Virus record (IMG/VR): IMGVR_UViG_3300045970_000027
Span: 1-64,000 of that record
Strand: one strand, 5' to 3'
Length of the DNA stretch: 64,000 nt
From: a virus
Position numbers and translations under genes: made by a program. Under the pieces are notes generated by a model. It saw nothing but the letters and a program-made list of their open reading frames with translations. It made no database searches and was not told the origin of the DNA. Positions 28,600-37,881 of the stretch are shown piece by piece (the stretch's first letter is position 1; each line of letters begins with the position of its first letter).

Positions 28600-28805
28600 T
28601 TTCCAATCATGTCGACGGAGTGCTTCTTCTTCTTGTCAGAGAAGCAGTCTGGGCAGATGCTTCCGAGGTAGAGGGCGACAGCCGGGTTGATCAGGCTGCC
28701 GCAGTCGGTGCAGGTCTGGGACCCGTTGTAGATGGTTGCGAGGATCTGGTCGTACGGCTGGCCCCCCATGAGGTCAACCGGGAAACTCGGATCGTCTGTA
28801 TCCAT
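28596..28805 (-). CDS. Zinc-ribbon protein
   Basis: CTDC...CPDC; GGAGG RBS. Confidence 0.7.
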   Translation of the reverse strand: MDTDDPSFPVDLMGGQPYDQILATIYNGSQTCTDCGSLINPAVALYLGSICPDCFSDKKKKHSVDMIGK

Positions 28806-28813
28806 GCCACCTC

Positions 28814-29197
28814 CTAGCCAAGCGCGTTACGACTGGAACCTTCGTAGCCAGCCGGACCGCCAGAGAACCACGCGGTACGCGGCTCGGTGTAGTTACGGTC
28901 TACGTCGATGATGTCAAGAATCCCCGGCACGTAGGGGTCATACCCGAAGCGGGGAGGGAAGAGGTCTACCTGTGGGAGTGGGGTCCTGACTATCCCCAAC
29001 AGTTCACTGCCGGGGAGTGTGTTAGCCGCGATGGCCTGTTGGCAGAGGCGCTCCTGATTGGAGGCGAACGGGCCTAGGTACGACCAGCGTGGGCCTAACG
29101 GTCGGGGCTCGATCTCAGGGACCCACGGCCGCTCTCGGTTGTACGCGCCATCATTGCCGCTGCCACGGACCTTGCGGCTGTCGTCTACGCCTGCCAT
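28814..29197 (-). CDS. Hypothetical protein
   Basis: ORF track. Confidence 0.7.
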   Translation of the reverse strand: MAGVDDSRKVRGSGNDGAYNRERPWVPEIEPRPLGPRWSYLGPFASNQERLCQQAIAANTLPGSELLGIVRTPLPQVDLFPPRFGYDPYVPGILDIIDVDRNYTEPRTAWFSGGPAGYEGSSRNALG

Positions 29198-29224
29198 ACT
29201 TGTTACACCACCTTAGGAGACATC

Positions 29225-29416
29225 GTGATCGAACTGACCGCAGAAGAGTACGCGACCATCTACGAGGCTCTTCGCCTTGTCAACGCGCCGTACGGCAACG
29301 ACGAGGTCGCTCACATCGTCGCCATGGAGGCGAAGGCGTGGACCGCCATCAAGACGGCTACACATAGGGCTGGCCTTGACGATGTATCCCGACCTTCCGG
29401 GGCTTACCAGTCTTAG
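29225..29416 (+). CDS. Small counter-oriented hypothetical protein
   Basis: AGGAG RBS + GTG. Confidence 0.5.
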   Translation: MIELTAEEYATIYEALRLVNAPYGNDEVAHIVAMEAKAWTAIKTATHRAGLDDVSRPSGAYQS

Positions 29417-30137
29417 TCGGAGTCGACTTCTCAAACGCCTTCCCGCTCTCCCAGTTCACGCTCTGAACTTGGAACGGCTTGAGGTTGAGGCCGTGCTCCT
29501 CGTTGATCGACTGGGTAGCGCCACGGTAGGCGTCCTCAAAGTGCTCGTACCGCGTCGGCTTCCCGGTCTTGAGTGCCGCGCTCCCGATACCGCGATCCAT
29601 CTCCCACGGCTGCATCCGGTTCGCTGCCATGTCATGGGCGCGGCCGTCGATGGTGACGTGGGTATCCTCCAGCGCGATGTTATGCGCGAACGAGTTCGTC
29701 TTCGGTGCCGAGTTGCGCGGGAGGACGGTGTCCACATGCTCACCCTGCATGATGCGGTGGGCCTTGAGGAGGTTGCCCTGACCGGCGCGGCTGATGCTCA
29801 TACCGGCTAGCGGGGAGCGGTCGCCGTTGGCGATGTCCTTCCACTGCGCCGACTTGATGTGCTTCAGTTCGCTGAAGGCGTCGATGTTGTGGTTGTCCCA
29901 GTCCATGTTGGGAGACACAGCCGCAACGACACCAGCGCCACCGAGTTCGGTCATCGACGTCCCGCGAATGCCCTTCCGGACAGCGTCGTTGACGGCGGGG
30001 TACCAGTCGGGGGCGGTATGCCGGATGTGCTCGGGCGCTTGGTTGTACGCCGTATGGACGTTCTGCACCAACTGCTTGAACTGACGCGGGTCACCGCTGT
30101 CGATGTTCGGGTAGTCGGACTTCTGAGACTTAGCCAT
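29358..30137 (-). CDS. HhH-glycosylase-like phage protein (DUF7178-like)
   Basis: WY...GVVAAVSP..W..N...KT.SF..NI...VTID..A...QS..W. Confidence 0.65.
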   Translation of the reverse strand: MAKSQKSDYPNIDSGDPRQFKQLVQNVHTAYNQAPEHIRHTAPDWYPAVNDAVRKGIRGTSMTELGGAGVVAAVSPNMDWDNHNIDAFSELKHIKSAQWKDIANGDRSPLAGMSISRAGQGNLLKAHRIMQGEHVDTVLPRNSAPKTNSFAHNIALEDTHVTIDGRAHDMAANRMQPWEMDRGIGSAALKTGKPTRYEHFEDAYRGATQSINEEHGLNLKPFQVQSVNWESGKAFEKSTPTKTGKPRKVGIHRQGQPYV

Positions 30138-30142
30138 CTACA

Positions 30143-30658
30143 TCACACCCACGTAGGTCGGAGTCGGGAGAACTGACCACGTCGCTGGGGGTTGATGGTG
30201 TTCGGAATGAAGTTGGGGATGTCGGCCTTGCCGTCATTCACTAACTTCGTGGGAGGGGTAGTGATGCCGGTAGCGACGGTCTTGCGGCCTTTCAGTTCGT
30301 TCTTGATGCCGGTCTCGTTGCTCCAGATCGACGGCCATACGTAGTCGCCGGGGTCGATGCGCTCACCCTTGTGAACGCCTCTCTGGTAAGAGCGCTGGTT
30401 GACACGCGACTTGACGGTGTCGAGGACCTCATCGGAGATCGCGTACGGCTTCCCCTTGTCATCCCGCCGAGAGCGGATCGTCCCGAGGTAGCCATCGGGG
30501 TACTGCGCGTGGGGAGTCGACCCCGTTCCCATGCGAGCGCCGTCGATGTCGGAGCGGGCAGACGCAACACCGCCGCCGCCGTAGTTGAAGGATCCAAAGA
30601 CGCCGCCAGCACCCAACGATTGCCAGTTCTGGCTGGCACTCAAGTTATTGTATGGCAT
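30143..30658 (-). CDS. Hypothetical protein
   Basis: Leaderless ATG below a phage-type promoter. Confidence 0.75.
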   Translation of the reverse strand: MPYNNLSASQNWQSLGAGGVFGSFNYGGGGVASARSDIDGARMGTGSTPHAQYPDGYLGTIRSRRDDKGKPYAISDEVLDTVKSRVNQRSYQRGVHKGERIDPGDYVWPSIWSNETGIKNELKGRKTVATGITTPPTKLVNDGKADIPNFIPNTINPQRRGQFSRLRPTWV

Positions 30659-30701
30659 GACTACATGGTCGCAAGCCAGAGTAACGGAGTCTGGTTAAAG
30701 G

Positions 30702-31250
30702 CTAGACGTACGTCTCTTCGATGTTCTTGGCGTCGAAGATGGCGCGCTCACCGCGCTGCTTGGCGTACTTGACCGCAGACCTCTTCGCAGTCTCCCCGCC
30801 ACGGAAGACGGACGATGCGTCCATGACGGCGTTCCCATCCTCAGCCCAACCACCAGCGTAGGCGGCAGGCCACTTCTTCCCGTCGGTAGTCTGACCAGCC
30901 TTGCGGTCGATGTTGTTGCCTTCGACGCTGAGGAGGTGGCCGAGCGCGTGGTTGTCGTTGAACTGGGCACCCATGAGATGGCTGTTGATCGGGACCGACT
31001 TCTCGGGTACGCGGGTTCCCGTGCGCGGGTCTGCTGCTCCCCCGACGCCGTACCACTGGGACTCACCGACAGGGAGCGGCTTGTTACCCGGCTCCGGTCG
31101 CATGGTCACGCCGCCGCCCTTGACAGCCTCAGCGTATGTGTGCGCGTGGTCTACATACTTCTGCTCAACCGCCGGGTCGTAAGACTTCTGCAGCGGGGAG
31201 TCGATATGGGCGCTAGCCAGCGCGGTCAGACGAGATCCTTCAACGGCCAT
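30702..31250 (-). CDS. Hypothetical protein
   Basis: Leaderless ATG 31250; GGW....MDAS.......A.....Q.GE.AIFD. Confidence 0.7.
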   Translation of the reverse strand: MAVEGSRLTALASAHIDSPLQKSYDPAVEQKYVDHAHTYAEAVKGGGVTMRPEPGNKPLPVGESQWYGVGGAADPRTGTRVPEKSVPINSHLMGAQFNDNHALGHLLSVEGNNIDRKAGQTTDGKKWPAAYAGGWAEDGNAVMDASSVFRGGETAKRSAVKYAKQRGERAIFDAKNIEETYV

Positions 31251-31310
31251 ACCACAATGGTGCGACAATCTATACTTGGAAACAGCCTAAAGGTGTGGCA
31301 CCATGTACAC

Positions 31311-31514
31311 ATGGTCATTACAACGGTGCATCCGACAGACAAGGGCGATGAGATCTTCGCGAACTGCACTAAGTGTGGGGTGTACGAGCCGGTGGGTCCG
31401 TTATTGACTGACCCAGACTGGATAATCGAGTGGGCCACCGACGACTGGACTGAGTCCCACGTCTGTGAGGGCACGCAGCCGTCAGGCTTCGCTGCCGCCG
31501 AGTTCCCCGTGTAG
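31311..31514 (+). CDS. Small counter-oriented CxxC protein
   Basis: C-terminal part of ORF 30936..31514. Confidence 0.4.
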   Translation: MVITTVHPTDKGDEIFANCTKCGVYEPVGPLLTDPDWIIEWATDDWTESHVCEGTQPSGFAAAEFPV

Positions 31515-31844
31515 GTAGTACCAGCCGTACGAGTTGCTCCAGCCAGTCTGCACACTGTGCATCCCGTCATACGTGATCCGTGTGGCGAAGATGGAGGACT
31601 CGTAGTAGTGGGGTGGATAGTCCTCTGGGTCAACGAGTGAGCCGTCGTCGTAGTAGAGCGCGAACGTCGGAAGCGTCCCTCTCTCCTTGATCTCGCAGAC
31701 GGCATCGTCAGGGAATCCGTATGTGGCCTTGGCCAGCGTGAACGCGAGTAGAAGTCTGCCCTTGGTGGACTCGACCAGTGAGGGGTCTGGTCCCGTGTCC
31801 TCTAGTGGGAATCGCAAGTTGAGAGCCTGACCATACTCAGGCAT
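31482..31844 (-). CDS. Hypothetical protein
   Basis: ORF track, coupled. Confidence 0.55.
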   Translation of the reverse strand: MPEYGQALNLRFPLEDTGPDPSLVESTKGRLLLAFTLAKATYGFPDDAVCEIKERGTLPTFALYYDDGSLVDPEDYPPHYYESSIFATRITYDGMHSVQTGWSNSYGWYYLHGELGGSEA

Positions 31845-32805
31845 CGGCGGCTACGAACTCTTGTCCTTGGTACACGGCCCAGCCCGCCTGAATGTGGATC
31901 GTATCGAGCACGTACTTCGGGTCGCGGTCGTTGAAATGTAGGACGAGCATTCCCTGCTGCCAGTCTTCCCAGTTCGTGATGACCTTCCCGTTGAGATCGA
32001 CCGCACCCTTCACACCGGGGACGGCACCATCGACGCGGCAGAGGCAGCCGGGAGTGGCGGCGAACATTCTGACTGGGCCGTGCCGGTCCTGCTGCGTGGT
32101 GTGATGAACCTCGATGCGGTGGATATGGCCGAAGATCGTGGAGGTCCGGTCGCCTCTCGCGTAAGCGCTAGCAGTAGACGCCGAAGACCTCACGATGCTC
32201 CCGTGAACGGCCTTGATGTGGTCGTTGAACCAGTACTTCCGAGCCGGGTAGCCGTCGAGGTACTTGACCCCTAAGTCGTCTGTCCGCAGCAGGAACGGGG
32301 CGGTGACGACCGCGAACTCGTCAGGCATGTTGGCCCGCTTGAGTCCGGCCGACTGCATGTTGAACTTCATGACTGAGTCGGAGATCCGCTTGTCGTGGTT
32401 CCCCTCCAGTACGACGATCTCCGACCGGGGGGCCGTCGCGCGCTGCTTGGCTAGCCAGAGATGCCCAGCGTCGATGGCGGCCTGTGTCGTCTGCTGCCAC
32501 GCCGTGTGCTGGTCGTACCGGCTGTGTGCGGGGAGGTCGAGGAAGTCCCCCAGATTGAGGACGGTATCGACATGGGTCTCGTTGACGACAGCCGCGAGGA
32601 TCTGAGTGGCGACGTCGATGGCGTACGGATCGTGGAACGGGTCGAGGACACCGTCCACGTTTCGGTAGCCGAACTGCGGGTCTGGGAGGACGACCGCAGT
32701 CTTCCAGCCCTTGAGCAGGACTGGGACCTTCTTGGGAGCCTTGGCAGGCTGGACGACAGTGGGCTTGGCGTTGTTGACGAACGCTTGTGAGTACATGTGA
32801 TCCAT
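31837..32805 (-). CDS. Calcineurin-like metallophosphoesterase
   Basis: PDPQ, GDFLD, GNHD, HG, GHIH. Confidence 0.88.
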   Translation of the reverse strand: MDHMYSQAFVNNAKPTVVQPAKAPKKVPVLLKGWKTAVVLPDPQFGYRNVDGVLDPFHDPYAIDVATQILAAVVNETHVDTVLNLGDFLDLPAHSRYDQHTAWQQTTQAAIDAGHLWLAKQRATAPRSEIVVLEGNHDKRISDSVMKFNMQSAGLKRANMPDEFAVVTAPFLLRTDDLGVKYLDGYPARKYWFNDHIKAVHGSIVRSSASTASAYARGDRTSTIFGHIHRIEVHHTTQQDRHGPVRMFAATPGCLCRVDGAVPGVKGAVDLNGKVITNWEDWQQGMLVLHFNDRDPKYVLDTIHIQAGWAVYQGQEFVAADA

Positions 32806-32827
32806 TCAGTGGGGTCCGTGTGTGTAC

Positions 32828-33100
32828 TTACGAGTCGAAGTTGTAGACGCTTCCGGCATTTCGCTTTGTGTATGGCTGCGGCAGTGATGCGCCGTTGCGG
32901 TGGGTGCGCCATGAGGTCGTGACGCTGACGCTGTCGGCGGTCTTCGCGCTGTAGGGGGCGACGTCGGAGACACCCTGATGTACGGGGTGAGCCGCGCCCA
33001 TCTGGTTGACGTTCGGGCTGTCGTCGTCAGACCACGCACCTACGGACGGCTCGGTGTGGTGAGCCGTACCGAACTGCTGTGCTGATCCGGAGCCGGACAT
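32828..33100 (-). CDS. Hypothetical low-complexity protein
   Basis: Coupled to 33100..33549. Confidence 0.55.
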   Translation of the reverse strand: MSGSGSAQQFGTAHHTEPSVGAWSDDDSPNVNQMGAAHPVHQGVSDVAPYSAKTADSVSVTTSWRTHRNGASLPQPYTKRNAGSVYNFDS

Positions 33101-33549
33101 CAGTAGCCTGCGTAGGCCCCGCTGGAGCCATCAACGAACGAGTCGCCACGCTGGATGGCAGACGGGACGATGTGGCCGTTCGCGGTGGTAGCGCCTGCCG
33201 ACGGGTCGATCATCGGAGGCGTAGACGAGGTGACCGTATGGGCCGCACCGAGGGTCTCCTGCGAGACGTTGGCGCGGTGGCCGGTCGGAGGGGTCGGGTC
33301 GCCAGCAGCCGTGTTCCCCTTGACGCGGAGGTCTCCCCGCAGGGGCGGGACGGCCGGGGCGTGCGCGAAGGCCTCGATGGCGCTGTTGCCCATCGGGACT
33401 CGGGGGGAGCCAATGCGAGCCATGCCAGCAAGGGCCTCTTCGGGGGTGGGGAGATTCACGCGTCCTCCTTTAGGAGCAGACCAGATGTGCGCCGAGGGAG
33501 CGCCCATGCGACGTCGGATTGCATGTCCTGCACTACGCCAATCAGCCAT
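33100..33549 (-). CDS. Hypothetical protein
   Basis: AAGGAG RBS; phage-type promoter. Confidence 0.7.
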   Translation of the reverse strand: MADWRSAGHAIRRRMGAPSAHIWSAPKGGRVNLPTPEEALAGMARIGSPRVPMGNSAIEAFAHAPAVPPLRGDLRVKGNTAAGDPTPPTGHRANVSQETLGAAHTVTSSTPPMIDPSAGATTANGHIVPSAIQRGDSFVDGSSGAYAGY

Positions 33550-33610
33550 GGGAAGGCTCCTTTCGCACTACCACCACGGTAGGTACGAGAGGTCGTGCTG
33601 TCTGGGCTAA

Positions 33611-33904
33611 CTAGTGAACAGTCACCGAGAAGAGAATCGCCGAGATCGTGCCGTCCCGAGACTCGATGCTGGTGAAGCCGGGGACGCAGGAGAGGTCGTA
33701 CCCGCGAGGAGCCACGTACCCCCGCGCGATGGCGATGGCCTTGACTGCCTGATTCACGGAGCCTGCGCCGACTGCTCGCAGTTTGACGCTCTTCGTCTCG
33801 TACAGTGCGTGAGCAATCGCCGAGGCGACTGACTGGGGATTCGATCCCGCGCTGACGCGGAGTGGCTGATCCTCGGAGGAACCAGCAGCGGTTGATTCGG
33901 TCAT
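33611..33904 (-). CDS. spoVS: Stage V sporulation protein S family (Alba-like) protein
   Basis: LRVSAGSNPQSVASAIA...AVGAGSVNQAVKAIAIARG.VAP.G.DL.C.PGF. Confidence 0.9.
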   Translation of the reverse strand: MTESTAAGSSEDQPLRVSAGSNPQSVASAIAHALYETKSVKLRAVGAGSVNQAVKAIAIARGYVAPRGYDLSCVPGFTSIESRDGTISAILFSVTVH

Positions 33905-33972
33905 GTCGATACCTTGGGGTCCGTTGGGTGTTCGGTTCTACCAAGGTATTAGTCAGAGTTGGCATGGTCAGG

Positions 33973-34557
33973 CTAAACCCTCGCCGCGTCGCGGAACTTC
34001 GGATCCTGCATCTTCTCGATTGACTCCCGCTGGGAAGCGGTATCCCATCCTCCACGGGCGATTCTGGCGATGACGTATGAGTCGGCCATGTTGTCATCCG
34101 AGAACTCCACGCCCCACCGCTTGTACACCGCGAGCATGACCTCGCTCTTCTTGGCGGTCCCCTTATCGGTGGCGTACTTCTTGACCACAGTTGGGGGGAC
34201 CATCAGCGGGAAGCGGTGGTCAAACGGCATGTTCTGGTAGCACCACAATTTGACGACGGCTGCCAGTTCACCAAGAACCGCAGCACTCTGGCTGTGGAAC
34301 ACCCCAGACTCGATAGCGATGTTGAGTGGGTGGTGCCCAGCATCGGTGATTGTGGAGTACTTCTCCGACAGCCAGTTACTGATGTCGATGAGGCGTTCGA
34401 TACCCCGATGCTCGGAGGTGTAGACCCACGACTCAAAGTGATCGCTCTTGGCAGCGATAACCGTTAGGGCGAAGCCAGTCAGGCTTGGGTCGATGCCGAT
34501 GTAGACCGGTGACGGAAGTTGGGTCAGCAGGCCGCCGTCTACGTGGTTCCTAGCCAC
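33973..34557 (-). CDS. ruvC: RuvC-like Holliday junction resolvase
   Basis: IGIDPSLTG, IAIE, P..VKKYAT..G.A.K, DDN.ADS. Confidence 0.82.
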   Translation of the reverse strand: MARNHVDGGLLTQLPSPVYIGIDPSLTGFALTVIAAKSDHFESWVYTSEHRGIERLIDISNWLSEKYSTITDAGHHPLNIAIESGVFHSQSAAVLGELAAVVKLWCYQNMPFDHRFPLMVPPTVVKKYATDKGTAKKSEVMLAVYKRWGVEFSDDNMADSYVIARIARGGWDTASQRESIEKMQDPKFRDAARV

Positions 34558-35131
34558 GGGCTTCCTTCCATCGAGCGATGACGTCGAGGGCGAGGTAGCC
34601 CATGAGGTCGAGGCCGGGGTACTCGCCGTCTCCCCCATCGTCAGCCATACCGTTCTTGAGGCGGTTGACCTTGTCGTCCATCCGTACCGCCATGCGCTGC
34701 CGCGTGGTCAGTCCGGTAGTGAAGACCTCGATGGGGTTGAGTGCCGAGTCGCCATACCGCTGGTTCTTCAGCAGGAGGAGGGTTGTCAGGGCGATCCCGA
34801 CCTCAGCGATCTGGCGCTGCGTGCTGTCTCCCCCGAGAAGGAGGACACCGCCTATCGCCTCAAGACCCTGCTGGGGGGTCCACCCATCGGGCAGACCCTC
34901 CCAGTCAGAGTAGGGACGGGACTCGTTACTGAGGACGGGGGCGACCTGCGTCTCCTTCATGGTGTGAACGACGCTGGTCAGTTTGCCGAGGATGCGGGTC
35001 ACCTTGGTGCCGCACTCAGGGCAGGTTCCCTTGGCGAAACGTCGACCGTTCGTCTCTTCTACACGGCGGTCCTCGATGTACCAGACCTCCTTGCACTTGA
35101 CGCAGTAGGCCTCGTCCTCAGTGCTGCTCAT
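34550..35131 (-). CDS. Zn-ribbon (DUF5679-like) fused to nucleotide-modification-associated domain (Nmad1/DUF1599-like)
   Basis: YCVKCK...GTCPECGTK; KNQRYGDS...VRMDDK..RL...DL.GY. Confidence 0.7.
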   Translation of the reverse strand: MSSTEDEAYCVKCKEVWYIEDRRVEETNGRRFAKGTCPECGTKVTRILGKLTSVVHTMKETQVAPVLSNESRPYSDWEGLPDGWTPQQGLEAIGGVLLLGGDSTQRQIAEVGIALTTLLLLKNQRYGDSALNPIEVFTTGLTTRQRMAVRMDDKVNRLKNGMADDGGDGEYPGLDLMGYLALDVIARWKEARG

Positions 35132-35505
35132 GCCGCGATGGCCACCGTGTTCAGGTTCTCCGCTGCACCGAGCGTGCGCCATATGGCGACCGGACGGCTG
35201 CCACCGCCAGTACGGGTCGCCTTCGTGAAGTAGCCGGTCGTGTCGACCAGACCGTTCTTCGCCATATGGCGCAGCATCGGGCCGAGGATGCGGTGGTCGA
35301 TCTGGGCCTTCGGGAGGGTGCCCTTCTCAACGGCCTTGTCGATCTCGGCCCAGATGTGGTCCATCGTGAAGGTCGAGTGGCGGCGGGTGGTCCGGTTGAT
35401 CGCCGTGAAGACGACGCGGAGCCACTCCTGCTGGACGGCATCGTACGAGCCGTACTTGTGCTTGTTCGCGTGGATGAACGACTTGGTAAGCATGGAAGGG
35501 GTCAT
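35128..35505 (-). CDS. Hypothetical (possible winged-helix) protein
   Basis: AGGAG RBS; ORF track. Confidence 0.7.
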   Translation of the reverse strand: MTPSMLTKSFIHANKHKYGSYDAVQQEWLRVVFTAINRTTRRHSTFTMDHIWAEIDKAVEKGTLPKAQIDHRILGPMLRHMAKNGLVDTTGYFTKATRTGGGSRPVAIWRTLGAAENLNTVAIAA

Positions 35506-35518
35506 GGTGCCAGTTCTC

Positions 35519-35680
35519 CTAGTACTCGTAGTTTTCGTAGTTGAGGCTGCGAACGATGCCGATCTTGGAAGCGATGGCCATGATCTTCTTGAGGTCGGGC
35601 TCCTCGGAGACCTCGACTCGGAGGTTGAGGTACATCGTGGTCTTGCTCTCTGTCGGTTCTTCGATGGGTGAGACGGTCAT
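35519..35680 (-). CDS. 53-aa hypothetical protein
   Basis: AAGGAG RBS + ATG 35680; hand translation. Confidence 0.6.
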   Translation of the reverse strand: MTVSPIEEPTESKTTMYLNLRVEVSEEPDLKKIMAIASKIGIVRSLNYENYEY

Positions 35681-35692
35681 GCGTTGTTCTCC

Positions 35693-36166
35693 TTAGAAGG
35701 TTCTGCGACGGGTTGTATTCGATGTGCGACGGGTTAGTTCCCGACTGACGAGCGCAGTGTCACGCTCGATGTTGTTGGCCATGGCCTCGATCAACTTGCG
35801 GTATGCGTGTAGTTCCTCGACCGACTCTTTGAGAGCCAAGACGTCAGGGTCGGTAGCGACCTCAGCGCGAGCGAACGTCACGCGGTTCTCGCTCTTGCCC
35901 GTCCCCCGCAGCATCTTTGTCTGCTCCAAGATGGACAAGCGCTTCTCATACGAGCGCTCGTCCACTTGGGAGCAGGAGACCTGCACGGCGATGAAGTCGG
36001 CGTAGGCGGTTAACTTGCTGTAGAGGACCATCAGGGCCTCATCACCCAGATCCGTGATGTCGGCTGGGAGACTGGGGATGTCGTACAGAGGCTTAGCCGG
36101 GACCTTGATGCCCTGAGACTCAAGGGCGCTCACGGCTGCCTGCGACTGGGTGTTGGCGTACAGCAT
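35693..36166 (-). CDS. Coiled-coil hypothetical protein (possible recombination mediator)
   Basis: ATG 36166 coupled to the Cas4-like gene. Confidence 0.65.
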   Translation of the reverse strand: MLYANTQSQAAVSALESQGIKVPAKPLYDIPSLPADITDLGDEALMVLYSKLTAYADFIAVQVSCSQVDERSYEKRLSILEQTKMLRGTGKSENRVTFARAEVATDPDVLALKESVEELHAYRKLIEAMANNIERDTALVSRELTRRTSNTTRRRTF

Positions 36167-37047
36167 CAGCCCACCAACTCTGAGAAGGGAGCGCACGCCT
36201 TGCAGGAGCCGGTGGTGCTCTGGCTGCAAGTCGGGGCTACATGTGACGTCCTGACGGCGTACTGGATGTCGAACGCGGTATCCAGCATGTCCTTGGCGAT
36301 GTCGGCGTTCCGCTGGACGACGAACTCCTTGTAGGCCTGATTGAGTTTCAGTTCCATGATGAAGACGATCTCGTTGGGTGCCGGGTACTCCAGTAGGCCC
36401 TTCGCCTCCATCATGTGGGCGATCTCAAGGTAGAGGAAGCCCTGACGGAGGTAGGTCGGGAATGGGCGACGGATGTTCTTCCATGCCGTCTCAACGTCGG
36501 TGTCGATGATGAGGGCTGGCTGCTCCATCCGGATCGTGCCGGGGCCGACGCTCTTGACCTCTAGGAAGAAGTCGGCACCGAGACCGCGCACCCAGCCGTC
36601 AGCGTGACCGGCCAGCAGGAGGTCGTCGTCAATGAGTCCGACCTCGGCGTACTTGAGGAGGTCAGAGCCGCAGGAGTGGCAGTGGAACGGGGACTGCGCC
36701 CAGAACGTGTGGTGGCAGTTCAGGCACTTCCACTTCCCGTAGAGGTTTCCCATCTCACCGATACGACTCTGCCACTTCGCGTGGATGGCGTGGCCCTCAT
36801 CGAAGATGTTCTGCAGCCGAAGGTTCGGGTTGTCCTCGACCGGGGCCTTGCCGACGACCTTGAAGTAGTAGGCGCGAGCGCAGAAGTCGCGCTTGCAGAG
36901 ATCGGAAGGATGGATGACGTCAGTGCGACGGTCTTCCTTCGGCCGAGAGATGAGGTACCTCTCGATGGGTCCGATCAGCCGTGTGTCGTGCTTCTTAGTG
37001 TCGAGGTACTTGCTTAATGAACTGCTTGGCTTTGAGGCCGCCATCAT
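36166..37047 (-). CDS. Cas4-like PD-(D/E)xK exonuclease
   Basis: HPSDL..C.R, G..IH, GHADG, EVKS, Q...Y, C-terminal C...CxxC. Confidence 0.82.
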   Translation of the reverse strand: MMAASKPSSSLSKYLDTKKHDTRLIGPIERYLISRPKEDRRTDVIHPSDLCKRDFCARAYYFKVVGKAPVEDNPNLRLQNIFDEGHAIHAKWQSRIGEMGNLYGKWKCLNCHHTFWAQSPFHCHSCGSDLLKYAEVGLIDDDLLLAGHADGWVRGLGADFFLEVKSVGPGTIRMEQPALIIDTDVETAWKNIRRPFPTYLRQGFLYLEIAHMMEAKGLLEYPAPNEIVFIMELKLNQAYKEFVVQRNADIAKDMLDTAFDIQYAVRTSHVAPTCSQSTTGSCKACAPFSELVG

Positions 37048-37402
37048 TCTCCATCACCCATTGTTTGAACGTGGTGTTCTTGAGTCGAAGTGCCTTGAAC
37101 TTACGGAGGAGGTGGGATCGTTCACGGTGTGAAAGGCCGCCCCAGATCCCGTGGGTGTCTTCCATCTGGACGGCGTGCAAGAGGCACTCCTTGCGTACGG
37201 AGCACTCTGGGTCCCCCTCGCCGGTCCCCCAGCAGATGGCCTTGGCCTCGTCTGCGATGGTCTTGTAGAGGGCCTTGTCACGGGGCGGGTAGAAGATGTC
37301 GCCGACCTGCGGCGTCCCGTCTTCCCCGGCGTAGAGGTAGGTCGTGTCCCGGCTGATGCACTTGGAGGTGTATCGCCATGCCCATTCTGGCTCGTAGTCC
37401 AC
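36995..37402 (-). CDS. whiB: WhiB-family transcription factor
   Basis: Four Cys (AKAIC..CSVRKECL) and GIWGGLS.RER; GGGAG RBS + GTG 37402. Confidence 0.88.
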   Translation of the reverse strand: MDYEPEWAWRYTSKCISRDTTYLYAGEDGTPQVGDIFYPPRDKALYKTIADEAKAICWGTGEGDPECSVRKECLLHAVQMEDTHGIWGGLSHRERSHLLRKFKALRLKNTTFKQWVMENDGGLKAKQFIKQVPRH

Positions 37403-37487
37403 TGGTCTCCCATTGAAGTCGCGTATATGGCGGCATCGGCAGGGCAGTAGGACTGGCGTCCTGTGTAACACGGGGTGGCAGTAGGGG

Positions 37488-37799
37488 TCACAGACCCTCA
37501 CCTGTTTCAGTGAGGTAGTCATCCTCAAGAAGGATGAAGTAGTTCTTGCCGCCGAGGGCGACAGCGAAGAGCGGGATGCGACTGGCCATGATGGCCTGCT
37601 TCTCCAGTTTGACGAGGTCCTCAGCCTTCAGGCTGTACGACTTGGCAGCAGTGAACTTGTGCTCCACCAAGTACTTCTCGGACCTCACGTCGCCCTTCCT
37701 CGACCAGAACGCACCTGAGGCGGCGACGGTAGTTCCACCAAGAGTCTTGGCGAGCCGCTTCTCATGCTTCTGACTCTCCTTGAGTCCTTGGGGCTTCAC
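37488..37799 (-). CDS. Small PD-(D/E)xK nuclease (Hjc-like)
   Basis: HEKRLAK..GG....SGA....KGDV.....VEHK. Confidence 0.75.
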   Translation of the reverse strand: MKPQGLKESQKHEKRLAKTLGGTTVAASGAFWSRKGDVRSEKYLVEHKFTAAKSYSLKAEDLVKLEKQAIMASRIPLFAVALGGKNYFILLEDDYLTETGEGL

Positions 37800-37826
37800 G
37801 TACGGAGGCCTCGGGTCATGGCGCTA

Positions 37827-37855
37827 ACTGTAGTACAGACTTGCACCACATGCAA
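37827..37855 (-). promoter_or_regulatory. sigma70-like promoter
   Basis: TTGCAT-N17-TACAGT. Confidence 0.6.
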
Positions 37856-37881
37856 CACCCCGAGGCCTCCGCGTGTCGTGA

